Assembly: GCA_047602735.1 (NCBI GenBank)
Contig: JBLKOK010000002.1
Location: 112,483 to 176,482 of the forward strand
Length of the DNA: 64,000 bases
Source: Candidatus Woesearchaeota archaeon
GTDB taxonomy: Archaea; Nanobdellota; Nanobdellia; Woesearchaeales; 21-14-0-10-32-9
Direction of reading: 5' to 3'
Part shown: positions 55,116 through 63,655 of the stretch, piece by piece
How positions within the stretch are numbered: the stretch's first letter is position 1
Layout of the letters: the number at the start of each line of letters is the position of its first letter
Notes under the pieces: model-generated
The model's database searches: none
What the model was told of the DNA's origin: nothing
The model's input: the letters and a program-made list of their open reading frames with translations, nothing else
Made by a program: the position numbers and the translations under genes

Positions 55116-55610
55116 TTACTTCTTCTTTTTCTTAGACATAGTTTTGTATGCTAAATATATTACTAGTACTAGTTCTGCTAAGAGTACTAGTGGTCTTATG
55201 TATATGTGTAAGCCGTCCCATCCTCTAATTGTTCCAACAAATAATGTTATTAAACCACCTAGTAATAGTCCTGTTGCTATCATTGCCATAACGTCATCTT
55301 TTTCTGGCAGTTTTAGTGCTATAAATATTGCGATTAAAGATAGTATGCCTGCTATTATAAATACAAATAAGGCGTATTCTTTGTTTGCATCATCGTATTC
55401 TTGTTGACATTCTCTTTGTGTTTGTTCAAATAGTTGTCTTTGTTCTTCAAATTCTTCTTGTGAAAGTTCTAATCTATCAGGATAAGTTATGAAGTCACAA
55501 TAATCTGAGTAGTTTGGTGATTGTTTTACTGCTTGTATACTTGCAAATACAAAGAAAGTGAAAAGTATTGCTATTGTTATTGATACTACTGCTTTTCTAT
55601 AGTCAACCAT
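55116..55610 (-). CDS. Membrane protein, function unknown
   Basis: Start moved to the ATG at 55610 (MVDYRKAVVSITIAILFTFFVF) because the longer track ORF overlaps dps. About 4 TM helices. Confidence 0.5.
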   Translation of the reverse strand: MVDYRKAVVSITIAILFTFFVFASIQAVKQSPNYSDYCDFITYPDRLELSQEEFEEQRQLFEQTQRECQQEYDDANKEYALFVFIIAGILSLIAIFIALKLPEKDDVMAMIATGLLLGGLITLFVGTIRGWDGLHIYIRPLVLLAELVLVIYLAYKTMSKKKKK

Positions 55611-55696
55611 ACTAATCTTTATGTTATCTGAGTTTATAATTGTTTTGAAAAGGTTTATAATTAAGTATTCATTATGTTTATTTGAGGTTGATATAA

Positions 55697-56110
55697 ATGC
55701 ATGACTTAAATAACGTATTATCTGATTTGTATGTTTTGAATACAAAGACAAAGAATTTTCATTGGAACGTAAAAGGGCCTAGGTTCATTATGCTTCATGA
55801 GTTTTTTCAAAAGCATTATGAGGCTATGGATGATTTTGTTGATGAGCTTGCTGAGCAAATGAAGATTTTAGGTCAAAGTCCTGTTGGTACTCTTAGTAAT
55901 TTTTTAAAGAGTAGTCATATTAAGGAGTCTGATAAGGTTTTAAGTGAAGATGATATGTTAAAAGAATTACTGGCTGATCATAAACACATGGTTTTGGCTC
56001 TAAAAGAGGTTATAAAAAAGTATGATTCTGAGCCTGGAGCTGAGGATATGCTTATTGAGCTTTTAAGGTTTCATGAGAAAACTGTTTGGATGATTGAAAG
56101 TCATCTATAA
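55697..56110 (+). CDS. dps: Dps-family DNA-protection / ferritin-like protein
   Basis: LSDLYVLNTKTKNFHWNVKGPRFIMLHEFF..DELAE is the Dps ferroxidase-site signature. Confidence 0.85.
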   Translation: MHDLNNVLSDLYVLNTKTKNFHWNVKGPRFIMLHEFFQKHYEAMDDFVDELAEQMKILGQSPVGTLSNFLKSSHIKESDKVLSEDDMLKELLADHKHMVLALKEVIKKYDSEPGAEDMLIELLRFHEKTVWMIESHL

Positions 56111-56112
56111 TT

Positions 56113-57309
56113 TTATTTTTTTAATTCGTTTTCAAAGTAGACGATTAATCTATTACAGATTTCTTTAGCTTCTAAGAAGTATTCTCTTACTGGGTCGTTA
56201 TCGTTGTTTTCTAATACATCTATTATTTTTGACTTGCCGTCTGGGTCTCTTAGTACTGGTAAGTGTTCTTTTTTGGTTTTTATTAAATTATGTTCTGGTA
56301 GTTCTAGTTGTATTAAGTGGTTATATATGTTTCTTACAAGGTCTATTATTTGAGGTATTTCTTCTGGTTCGTAATCGTTTCTTAGTCTGCTAAATGAGTT
56401 GTATAGCTCTGAGGGTATGTGTAGTTTTTGTCTTATTTCACTGCTTCCCCCTCTTTTGTCTGCGTATACTCTGCCTATTACGAAGTTTATTGCTTTACAT
56501 TTGTCTTCTACGCCTCTAAGTGTGCTTGATACGGTTGTTTTTGTAACTTTTAGTTCTTCTTGTGTTTTTGTTAGTTTGTCTTGTAAGTTGTGTATTTTGT
56601 TTGAGTATTCTTCGTTTTTGTCTGCATACTTTTTTGCAAGAGATTTATATTTTGCACTTTCTTTTAGTTTGTTTTCTAGTTCATCTAGTCGGTTTGCATA
56701 TTTGTTTATTCTGTCTTTGTATGATTCTAATTTTTCAGAAACATTTCTTTGATTTGCTATTTCTTGTTCTAATTCGTATATTTTAGTTGTGTAAAAAGCC
56801 ATTTCTTCATCGTATTTTTCTGCTTGTACTTTGTATTCTTGGCTTTGTTCTAATTCTGCTCTAAGTTTTTCTAATTGTCTTACGTAGTCTTCTAGTTGTC
56901 TTTTTGTTGCTACTTCTTGTTTTTTGGTTTGTAAGAATTTTCGTTTTTCTTTGGTTCTATATGTTTGTTCTATTAAAAGTATTAAGGCAGTTAGTATTAT
57001 TAGTAAAAATATTTGTAGTACGACTATTACTTGTCCGTCCATTCTTGAAATGTCAGGCACTATTTCCATTAGCCATATAAAAAAGAATAATGCAGGTAGT
57101 AAAAAAGTCATAAGTACTAGTAGCATTTTGTGGTCTTGTGATTGTATCGTTGCTATTATTGTTGCTAGAACAAATATTAGTACTGGTAGTGTTCCTAAGA
57201 ATACTGGCCATGGATCTGATTGTGTTAGTAGAGCAAGCATCACGAAGGTAATAACGTAAAATATTATTCCTATTATTGCTATTGCTTTTTTTTGTGGTGT
57301 TAGATCCAT
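56113..57309 (-). CDS. Membrane protein with a long coiled coil, function unknown
   Basis: 398 aa. About 4 N-terminal TMs, then heptad-rich K/E/L segments, then a C-terminal globular part. Confidence 0.5.
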   Translation of the reverse strand: MDLTPQKKAIAIIGIIFYVITFVMLALLTQSDPWPVFLGTLPVLIFVLATIIATIQSQDHKMLLVLMTFLLPALFFFIWLMEIVPDISRMDGQVIVVLQIFLLIILTALILLIEQTYRTKEKRKFLQTKKQEVATKRQLEDYVRQLEKLRAELEQSQEYKVQAEKYDEEMAFYTTKIYELEQEIANQRNVSEKLESYKDRINKYANRLDELENKLKESAKYKSLAKKYADKNEEYSNKIHNLQDKLTKTQEELKVTKTTVSSTLRGVEDKCKAINFVIGRVYADKRGGSSEIRQKLHIPSELYNSFSRLRNDYEPEEIPQIIDLVRNIYNHLIQLELPEHNLIKTKKEHLPVLRDPDGKSKIIDVLENNDNDPVREYFLEAKEICNRLIVYFENELKK

Positions 57310-57341
57310 AACTTCTTTATTAATTGTTTTTATTTATATAC

Positions 57342-57905
57342 TTATCTGTATACGCTAAATCTTTGTGGTTCACACATTATTATCATTATTATATCCGGGT
57401 TTTTATCTTGGTTTTGTCTAAGTGTTTGTATATCTTGTCTTGAAGCTATACAACTTTTATAAGGGTGTGTATGAAACATAGCTATTGTTTCGTTTGAACA
57501 TGGTGCGTGTGATACGTGTGTGTAGCTCTGTGAATAAATAACAGGCATATATGCATAAGTTATATAGTAGTTATTGTTTTGTCTGTATCCTTCTAGGCAA
57601 AGACTTGTTTCTACATCAGGATTATCGTGGTATGCATCAAATACTATTTGGTTTGTTTGGTTTTCAAATATTATTTTTATGTCTCTTGTGCTTATTACGT
57701 TTTCATTTATTTTTTGACTTTCTATTTGACCCGCGATTATCCCATATACTGGAAAGCTTAGGTATATGTAGCTCGCCATTAGTAATACAGAAAATAGTGC
57801 TATTAGTATTATGTAGTATTTTTTGTATTTGTTATTTTTTTGTTTAGATTCAAATTCTTGTATTAATTTTTCATCATCTAAATCTTCAAATTCTTTTGGT
57901 TTCAT
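57342..57905 (-). CDS. Membrane-anchored JAB/MPN (JAMM) metalloprotease-like protein
   Basis: The exact JAMM motif H-x-H-x7-S-x2-D is present as HTHPYKSCIASRQD, with an upstream Glu (SLCLEG). Single N-terminal TM. Confidence 0.65.
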   Translation of the reverse strand: MKPKEFEDLDDEKLIQEFESKQKNNKYKKYYIILIALFSVLLMASYIYLSFPVYGIIAGQIESQKINENVISTRDIKIIFENQTNQIVFDAYHDNPDVETSLCLEGYRQNNNYYITYAYMPVIYSQSYTHVSHAPCSNETIAMFHTHPYKSCIASRQDIQTLRQNQDKNPDIIMIIMCEPQRFSVYR

Positions 57906-57995
57906 TTTATATTGTTAAGATTACTTGTTTATTTAATAATTTAATTGAATCGATTAGAAAAGATTTAAAAAGTGTAAACAGTACATATTTTTTTT

Positions 57996-58142
57996 ATGGC
58001 TAAAAAAATGAGTGGAAAAAACATAGGCATAATATTGCTTTTAAGTCTTATTTTATTTTGGGTACCTTTACCTTTTATAGATGGAAAAGTAATTGGGAGT
58101 ATAATAGTTTTAATTATTAGCGTTTATTTACTTATTAAATAA
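57996..58142 (+). CDS. 48-aa two-helix membrane micro-protein (below the ORF-track cut-off)
   Basis: Own translation: MAKKMSGKNIGIILLLSLILFWVPLPFIDGKVIGSIIVLIISVYLLIK. Confidence 0.35.
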   Translation: MAKKMSGKNIGIILLLSLILFWVPLPFIDGKVIGSIIVLIISVYLLIK

Positions 58143-58724
58143 ACTTTTGATTAATTTTATTAATTCCTTGAAGTTTGGTGTTAAGAAGTGGCCGTTTTTA
58201 TCTTCAAAGACATGGAACTTTGCATTTTTTAATTTTTTTTCATATTTTTCTTTGTGTATTATTTTTACTATTTGGTCTGTTTTGCTAAAGAAGAAGTTTA
58301 GGTTGTTTATTTTATCTAGCAGTTCTAGTTTTTTTGGTAGTTTGAATCCGTTTGTTAATTCTTCGTTTGAGTTTGAATCATCAAATGGTGGCGCTACTAA
58401 GAATACCCCTTTGATGTCTTTATTGGTTTTGTTTTCTGATAAGTATCTTGCAAGAAATATTGCTCCTAGGCTAAATCCTATTAGTATTATTTCTTTTTGT
58501 GTTATTTCTAAGTATTTTTCAAATATTATTTTCCAGTGTTCGTAATGGGCGTTTTCTTTTAGTGGCATTCTTGGTTTTATTACTTTATGTTGTGGTAGTT
58601 GTTGTTCTAGTTTTGAAGGCCATATTTCTAGTTCGTCTAGGTAAACAGTTTTATTTTTTAGGTAGTCTAAATATTTTTTTTGTGTGCTGTGTGTTGTTCC
58701 GCCATGTATGTATATTATTTGCAT
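58128..58724 (-). CDS. Alpha/beta hydrolase (YdeN/RBBP9-like serine hydrolase)
   Basis: 198 aa, IIYIHGG start, nucleophile elbow GFSLGA, C-terminal GH. Confidence 0.6.
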   Translation of the reverse strand: MQIIYIHGGTTHSTQKKYLDYLKNKTVYLDELEIWPSKLEQQLPQHKVIKPRMPLKENAHYEHWKIIFEKYLEITQKEIILIGFSLGAIFLARYLSENKTNKDIKGVFLVAPPFDDSNSNEELTNGFKLPKKLELLDKINNLNFFFSKTDQIVKIIHKEKYEKKLKNAKFHVFEDKNGHFLTPNFKELIKLIKSLFNK

Positions 58725-58792
58725 GATTATTTATTATCAGTAATACTTATATATTACTTTTGATTATGTTGTTTTAGGGTGAAAAATTTAAT

Positions 58793-59410
58793 ATGAAAAA
58801 AATTATGATGATTTTAGTTCTTGCAATGAGTCTTATGCTTGTTGCTTGTTCTGGAGAACCAAGAAGTGACATAGAAGTATTAGAACCAACTTCTAATTTA
58901 GCAGCAACGATTAATGGCGACGAAGTTTTTTTGGATGAGGTTTTAGCTGTTCAAGCGCAGTTAGCTCAACAAGGTATTGACGCAGATACAGAGCTTGCTT
59001 TAAATCAAATTTTTGTTAGACTTGTTTTGATGCAAGAAGCAAATAGAAGAGGATACGTTGTTAGTGATGAAGAAATTGAAGCTAATTTTGAAGCACAAGG
59101 TATAAGCATTGAAGATATTAAAAGTAGTATTGAACTTCAAGGTATGAGTTATGATGATTTTTTAGCTGAACAAAAAAGTTTTTTTTCTCTTCAATTATTA
59201 ATTGATGATGTTGCAAAAGACATAGATGTTAGTGATGAAGAGGCTAGAGAGTTTTTTGATAGTCAGCCAGATTTATTTTTAGAAGGGTCTAGTTTTGAAG
59301 ATAATCAAGATAACATAAAAGGTTTTATTGCTGAACAAACTGCTAGTAATTTGTTAATTGATTTATCTCAAGAGTTAATAGCTCAAGGAGACATCGAGGT
59401 TTTTATTTAA
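58793..59410 (+). CDS. Lipoprotein with a SurA-N-like chaperone domain
   Basis: Lipobox-type signal MKKIMMILVLAMSLMLVAC, then an acidic helical domain resembling the SurA N-terminal domain. Confidence 0.5.
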   Translation: MKKIMMILVLAMSLMLVACSGEPRSDIEVLEPTSNLAATINGDEVFLDEVLAVQAQLAQQGIDADTELALNQIFVRLVLMQEANRRGYVVSDEEIEANFEAQGISIEDIKSSIELQGMSYDDFLAEQKSFFSLQLLIDDVAKDIDVSDEEAREFFDSQPDLFLEGSSFEDNQDNIKGFIAEQTASNLLIDLSQELIAQGDIEVFI

Positions 59411-59475
59411 AACCTTGAATATATTTTTTTATTTTTTACATAATTATTTAATATGTTTTTTAATTCTTTTATTTT

Positions 59476-59976
59476 ATGAGAGCTACACTTGCAGGAGGAT
59501 GTTTTTGGTGTCTTGAAGCAGTTTATACTATGATAAATGGTATATCTAATATAAAGCCTGGATATATTAAAGGGTCTAAGGACACTGCAAAGTACGAATT
59601 GGTTTGTAGTGGTAAAACAGATCATGTTGAAGCAGTTCAGTTTGATTTTGATGAGGACGTAATAAGTTATAAAGAGGTATTAGAAATATATTTTAAAATT
59701 CATGATCCTACAAGTTATCAAAGGCAAGGAAATGATGTTGGAAAACAATATAGTGCGATTATATTTTATCATGATAACGAGCAAAAAGAGATAGCAGAAA
59801 AAGAGCTTGAAATACAAAGATCGTTAACAAAAAGTGTGGTTTATACAACTATTGAGCCTTTACAAGAATTTTTTGAAGCTGAAAGATATCATTTTAATTA
59901 TTATGATAATAATAAGGATAATCCTTATTGTTTATTTGTAATAGCTCCTAAGATAAAAAAGGTTATGAATAGTTAG
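59476..59976 (+). CDS. msrA: Peptide-methionine (S)-S-oxide reductase
   Basis: ATLAGGCFWCLEAVY is the catalytic GCFWC motif. Size is typical at 166 aa. Confidence 0.9.
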   Translation: MRATLAGGCFWCLEAVYTMINGISNIKPGYIKGSKDTAKYELVCSGKTDHVEAVQFDFDEDVISYKEVLEIYFKIHDPTSYQRQGNDVGKQYSAIIFYHDNEQKEIAEKELEIQRSLTKSVVYTTIEPLQEFFEAERYHFNYYDNNKDNPYCLFVIAPKIKKVMNS

Positions 59977-59985
59977 TTTTTTTCC

Positions 59986-60004
59986 CATGGATAAACTATC
60001 CATG
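59986..60004. terminator. 8-bp stem hairpin between the convergent genes msrA and the PRT gene
   Basis: CATGGATA-AAC-TATCCATG is a perfect inverted repeat flanked by T-runs on both strands. Confidence 0.35.
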
Positions 60005-60020
60005 ATTTTGTTTTTAGTTC

Positions 60021-60383
60021 TTAACAATAATAAGTTGGTTCGTATTTTGCAATGCTTTTTTTGTGTATGCAAAACGTTTTTGGTTTGAATCCTAGTTTTT
60101 GTTCTAGTTCAATAAATGTTTTTCCTGAATCACATATCTCGTCTACTACTAGTGTTTGTTTTGTTATTTTATTTGTTAGTGGCAAGTCTAGTTTATGACT
60201 TAGTATTACTGCTGCTATCAGTCCTCCTCTTGGTATTCCAAATATGTCTTTTACGTTTTTTATTTCTCCTACTTTTTTTAGGATTAGGTTTTCTATTTGT
60301 TTCCAAGAGACATAAGTCTTTTTTATTCCAGGTTTGTTATTACGTATAATTGTTTTGCTTTCTTTGTTATTTTTGCTGGGCAT
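60021..60383 (-). CDS. Phosphoribosyltransferase-domain protein (short purine PRT-like)
   Basis: PRPP-binding motif LVVDEICDSGKT, plus YVSWKQIENL and GIPRGG. The annotated start overlaps pgl by 61 nt, so the true start is uncertain. Confidence 0.65.
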   Translation of the reverse strand: MPSKNNKESKTIIRNNKPGIKKTYVSWKQIENLILKKVGEIKNVKDIFGIPRGGLIAAVILSHKLDLPLTNKITKQTLVVDEICDSGKTFIELEQKLGFKPKTFCIHKKSIAKYEPTYYC

Positions 60384-61000
60384 TTGTTTTCACCTATGTT
60401 TTCGTCTAAAAAGTTTTGGTATGCTTTTCTTTTACTCTCGCTTATAAAAAATATGAATACTGTTGAGTTTTTTATCATGGTTCGAGTCATGGTTATTCTG
60501 TTGCTTGGTGATTTTGGGCTGTTGGTTATTTTTATGTATTCGTTTCTTAAATCGTTTATTGATTCATGTCCGGGGAAAAGGCTTGCTGTGTGTCCGTCTG
60601 GTCCAACTCCAAGTATTGCTATGTCTATTTTTCTAACTTTTACGTTGTAGGATATCAAAGGGTTTTTTTCTGTTAAGTCATATTTTATTATTTGGCTTTC
60701 TTTTATTTTTCCTTTTGCTATTAAGAAGTTAAAAAATGTTTCTTTTAGTTGTTTGTAGTTTGAATCGTTACTTGTTATTTGTACTTCTCTTTCGTCTGCT
60801 AAGCAAAATTTTAGTAGGTCCCATTTTTGTTGTGGTAGTTTATCACAGTGTTCTATTATTGTTTCTAAGAAACTGTATGTGCTGCTTCCAGGGCTTAGTG
60901 CTATGAATGTCTCGGTTGTTTTTTGGTTTATTTCTTCAAAGAATTTCTTAGTTGCTTGTATTGATAATTCTTTTATTTTATTGTTTTTTATTAGTTCCAT
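60323..61000 (-). CDS. pgl: 6-phosphogluconolactonase
   Basis: LGVGPDGHTASLFPG is the signature of the Pgl/NagB family. It sits directly downstream of zwf. Confidence 0.85.
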   Translation of the reverse strand: MELIKNNKIKELSIQATKKFFEEINQKTTETFIALSPGSSTYSFLETIIEHCDKLPQQKWDLLKFCLADEREVQITSNDSNYKQLKETFFNFLIAKGKIKESQIIKYDLTEKNPLISYNVKVRKIDIAILGVGPDGHTASLFPGHESINDLRNEYIKITNSPKSPSNRITMTRTMIKNSTVFIFFISESKRKAYQNFLDENIGENKCPAKITKKAKQLYVITNLE

Positions 61001-62244
61001 TTTCTTTTGTCTTTTTCTAATAATTCGTCTGCTTGTATTGGTCCGCTAGATCCGTCTTCGTATTTGAATAGTATTGGGCAGTTGTTTTTGCAGTTTATTA
61101 GCCGGTCTATTATTTGCCAGCTTCTTTGTATGCTGTACCATCTTGGAAATAGTGTTTGGTCTCCTTTTATTATGCTTTTTAGTATGTTTTCGTATGCGTT
61201 TATTTCTATTTCTTTTTCTCTTATAAATTCTGCTTTTACTTGTTTTGTTGAATCGTTTTGTTTTACGTTTAGTGTGAATGTTATTGATCTTTGTGGTTGT
61301 AGTTTTATTATTATTTTGTTTGATTCGTAGTCTTTTGATTTTAGCTCTATTATTATTTTTGCTTCTGCTTTATCTAGTTTTTTTCCTGTTCTTATGTATA
61401 TTGGTACGCCTTGCCATCTTTTGTTTTCTATGAATATTTTTAGTGCTACGTATGTTTCTGTTTTGGTTTTTGCTACGTTTTTTTGGTAAGATGCGTATTG
61501 TCCAAGTACTACGTTGTCTTCCCAGTCTTTTAGGTTTTTTATTTGTTTTATTAGGTTGTATTTATTGGTTCTTTTGTTTTTGCTTTTGTTTTCCATTGTT
61601 AGAATGGTTAAGAGTTCTAATAAGTGATTTTGGAACATGTCTCTTATTGCTCCTGATTTGTCGTAGTAGTTTTTTCTTTGTTCTACGCCTTTTGTTTCTG
61701 TTACTGTTATTTGTATGTTGTCTACGTGTCTTTTGTTTAGTAGGGGTTCTAAGAAGTGGTTTTTGTATCTTAGTATTTCTAGGTTTTGTACTGCTTCTTT
61801 TCCTAGGTAGTGGTCTACTCTGTATATTTGGTTTTCTTTAAAGCAAGTTGTTAGTTGTTTGTTTAGTTTTCTTGCTGATTTTAGGTCTTTTCCAAATGGT
61901 TTTTCAAATACTATTTTTCCTTTGTTTTGTTTTGTTTTTCTTAGGTTTTTTAGAACTGTTTCAAAAAGTTCTGCTGGTAGTGCTAAGTAGAGTATTGTGT
62001 TTTGGTCTACTAGTCCTTCGTAGTCTTTTGGTTCGTCATAATTTATTTTTTTGTATGTGAGATCTAGGTTGTGGCCTAGGTATTCTTTATATTGTTTTTG
62101 TGTTAAGTCTCTTCTTCCTATAGCTATTATTTCTAAGTCATATTCTTTTTTTATTTTTTTTAGTGATGGAGCTAACTTGTTTTTCATTAAGTCTCCTGTT
62201 GCTCCAAATATTATTATCTTATTTTTTGACACTGTGGCCTCCAA
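60991..62244 (-). CDS. zwf: Glucose-6-phosphate 1-dehydrogenase (short form, 417 aa)
   Basis: IIIFGATGDLMKNKLAPSL (NADP site), EKPFG and the active-site motif RVDHYLGKE. Confidence 0.9.
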   Translation of the reverse strand: MEATVSKNKIIIFGATGDLMKNKLAPSLKKIKKEYDLEIIAIGRRDLTQKQYKEYLGHNLDLTYKKINYDEPKDYEGLVDQNTILYLALPAELFETVLKNLRKTKQNKGKIVFEKPFGKDLKSARKLNKQLTTCFKENQIYRVDHYLGKEAVQNLEILRYKNHFLEPLLNKRHVDNIQITVTETKGVEQRKNYYDKSGAIRDMFQNHLLELLTILTMENKSKNKRTNKYNLIKQIKNLKDWEDNVVLGQYASYQKNVAKTKTETYVALKIFIENKRWQGVPIYIRTGKKLDKAEAKIIIELKSKDYESNKIIIKLQPQRSITFTLNVKQNDSTKQVKAEFIREKEIEINAYENILKSIIKGDQTLFPRWYSIQRSWQIIDRLINCKNNCPILFKYEDGSSGPIQADELLEKDKRKWN

Positions 62245-63103
62245 ATTCTTTTCTCATTCCTGCAAGTAATTTGAATGCGTAGCTGTCTTTGTTTCTTGAG
62301 TGGTACCTTGCGTGAAGTGCATAGGTGTTTGATATGAATGGTACTCCTAGGTCTAGTGCTTCTTTTGCTGCCCATTTTCCTTCTCCGCTGTCTTCGACGA
62401 ATGGTTTGTATTTTAGTCCTGATTTTATAGCGTTGTGTGTTACATCCATTAATAGTCCTGATACTATTGTTCCTTTTGTGTATAGTTTTGATACTTTTTT
62501 TAGGTCTAGTTCAAAGTTTGATTTTTCTAGTATTTCAAATCCTTCTGCTATGCTTTGCATCATTCCGTATTCGATTGCGTTGTGAATCATTTTTACGTAG
62601 TGGCCGCTACCTGCTTCTCCGAAGTATTCAAAGCCTTGTGGGTATGCAAATGTTTTTAGGATTGGTTTTATTTGGTTGTATGCAGATTTGTCTCCTCCGA
62701 TCATTAATGGGTAGCCTGTTTTTCTTGCTATTATTCCTCCGCTTACTCCTATGTCTAAGAATTTCACTCCTTTTTTTTGTGCTTGTTGTGCTTTTTGTTT
62801 GGCTAGTTCGAAGTGGCTGTTGCTACCATCTATTATTATATCTCCTTTTTGTAGGTAGCTTAGTGTTTCTTCAAATATTTTTGGTGTGATTTTGTTTGGT
62901 AGCATTAGCCAGACTATTTTTTTTTGCATTGAGTCTATCATTGTTTTTATTTTTGGATATGTTTTTGCTCCTTTTTTTGCTAATTTTTTTCTTGGTTCTT
63001 CGCCTCTGTTGTATGCGTGAACTTTTACTTTCTTTGAGTTTAGCATTTTTTCTGCTATTCCATATCCCATTCTTCCAAGTCCTATTATTCCTATTTCGTA
63101 CAT
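62219..63103 (-). CDS. gnd: 6-phosphogluconate dehydrogenase, decarboxylating (short YqeC/Gnd-like form)
   Basis: IGIIGLGRMGYGIAEKM Rossmann motif, plus GVSGG and GHYVKMIHNAIEYGMMQ. Confidence 0.85.
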   Translation of the reverse strand: MYEIGIIGLGRMGYGIAEKMLNSKKVKVHAYNRGEEPRKKLAKKGAKTYPKIKTMIDSMQKKIVWLMLPNKITPKIFEETLSYLQKGDIIIDGSNSHFELAKQKAQQAQKKGVKFLDIGVSGGIIARKTGYPLMIGGDKSAYNQIKPILKTFAYPQGFEYFGEAGSGHYVKMIHNAIEYGMMQSIAEGFEILEKSNFELDLKKVSKLYTKGTIVSGLLMDVTHNAIKSGLKYKPFVEDSGEGKWAAKEALDLGVPFISNTYALHARYHSRNKDSYAFKLLAGMRKEFGGHSVKK

Positions 63104-63157
63104 TTTAAAAAATCGCCTCTTTGATAGTTTTTTTTAGAGTGCTTTTGTTTATATAAC

Positions 63158-63655
63158 TTATGTTAATAACTCTTCTGTTTTATTAAAAAAATCTAAAACA
63201 TTATTTTCGTATTCTTCTAATTCCTTGTTTTTAAATTTTAAGTTAGTTGAGTAACTAGCGTCATGTCTTTCTTGTTTTAAATTTATATAAAGTTCTGCGT
63301 CTTCTTTATTTATGGAAAGATCGTTTATTAGATTTGCTTCTTTTTTTGTTATATTATATTCTTTTATAAGTATTAGTATAGTTGCGTAGTGGTTTTTTGA
63401 TGCATATTTTTTGTTTGTAATTAACCCTAATGCTAAACGATATAAGGCGTAATATAATATTACTATGAGCCAGTCGTTGAATTTGTTATGTTTTTTATTT
63501 ATTTTATAAAATTCTAAGTTATGTCTTGCTTTTTTGATGTGAGATTTTACTAGCTCTTTGTTTTCTTGAATTAGTTTAATATGTTTCTTTTTTATAAAGA
63601 AATTTAGTTCTTTTTCCAAATATATTTTATCTTCAAATAATTTAGTTATGTTCAT
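63158..63655 (-). CDS. HEPN domain protein
   Basis: 165 aa helical protein downstream of, and overlapping, a nucleotidyltransferase gene. Contains RHDASY, an R-x4-6-H-like motif. Confidence 0.6.
   Translation of the reverse strand: MNITKLFEDKIYLEKELNFFIKKKHIKLIQENKELVKSHIKKARHNLEFYKINKKHNKFNDWLIVILYYALYRLALGLITNKKYASKNHYATILILIKEYNITKKEANLINDLSINKEDAELYINLKQERHDASYSTNLKFKNKELEEYENNVLDFFNKTEELLT

Noticed and set aside
52498-59625. Minus-strand ORFs 52498-52743, 54535-54831 and 59407-59625, and plus-strand ORFs 55144-55407, 56399-56786, 56924-57259, 57551-57847 and 58147-58726
   Set aside because: Each lies largely or wholly within a better-supported gene on the opposite strand, or spans a gene start, and encodes low-complexity sequence.
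60116-63108. Plus-strand L/F-rich ORFs (60116-60349, 60297-60650, 61007-61330, 61443-61841, 61848-62060, 62051-62269, 62325-62585, 62437-62889, 62896-63108)
   Set aside because: They are antisense shadows of PRT, pgl, zwf and gnd, which carry unambiguous catalytic motifs on the minus strand.
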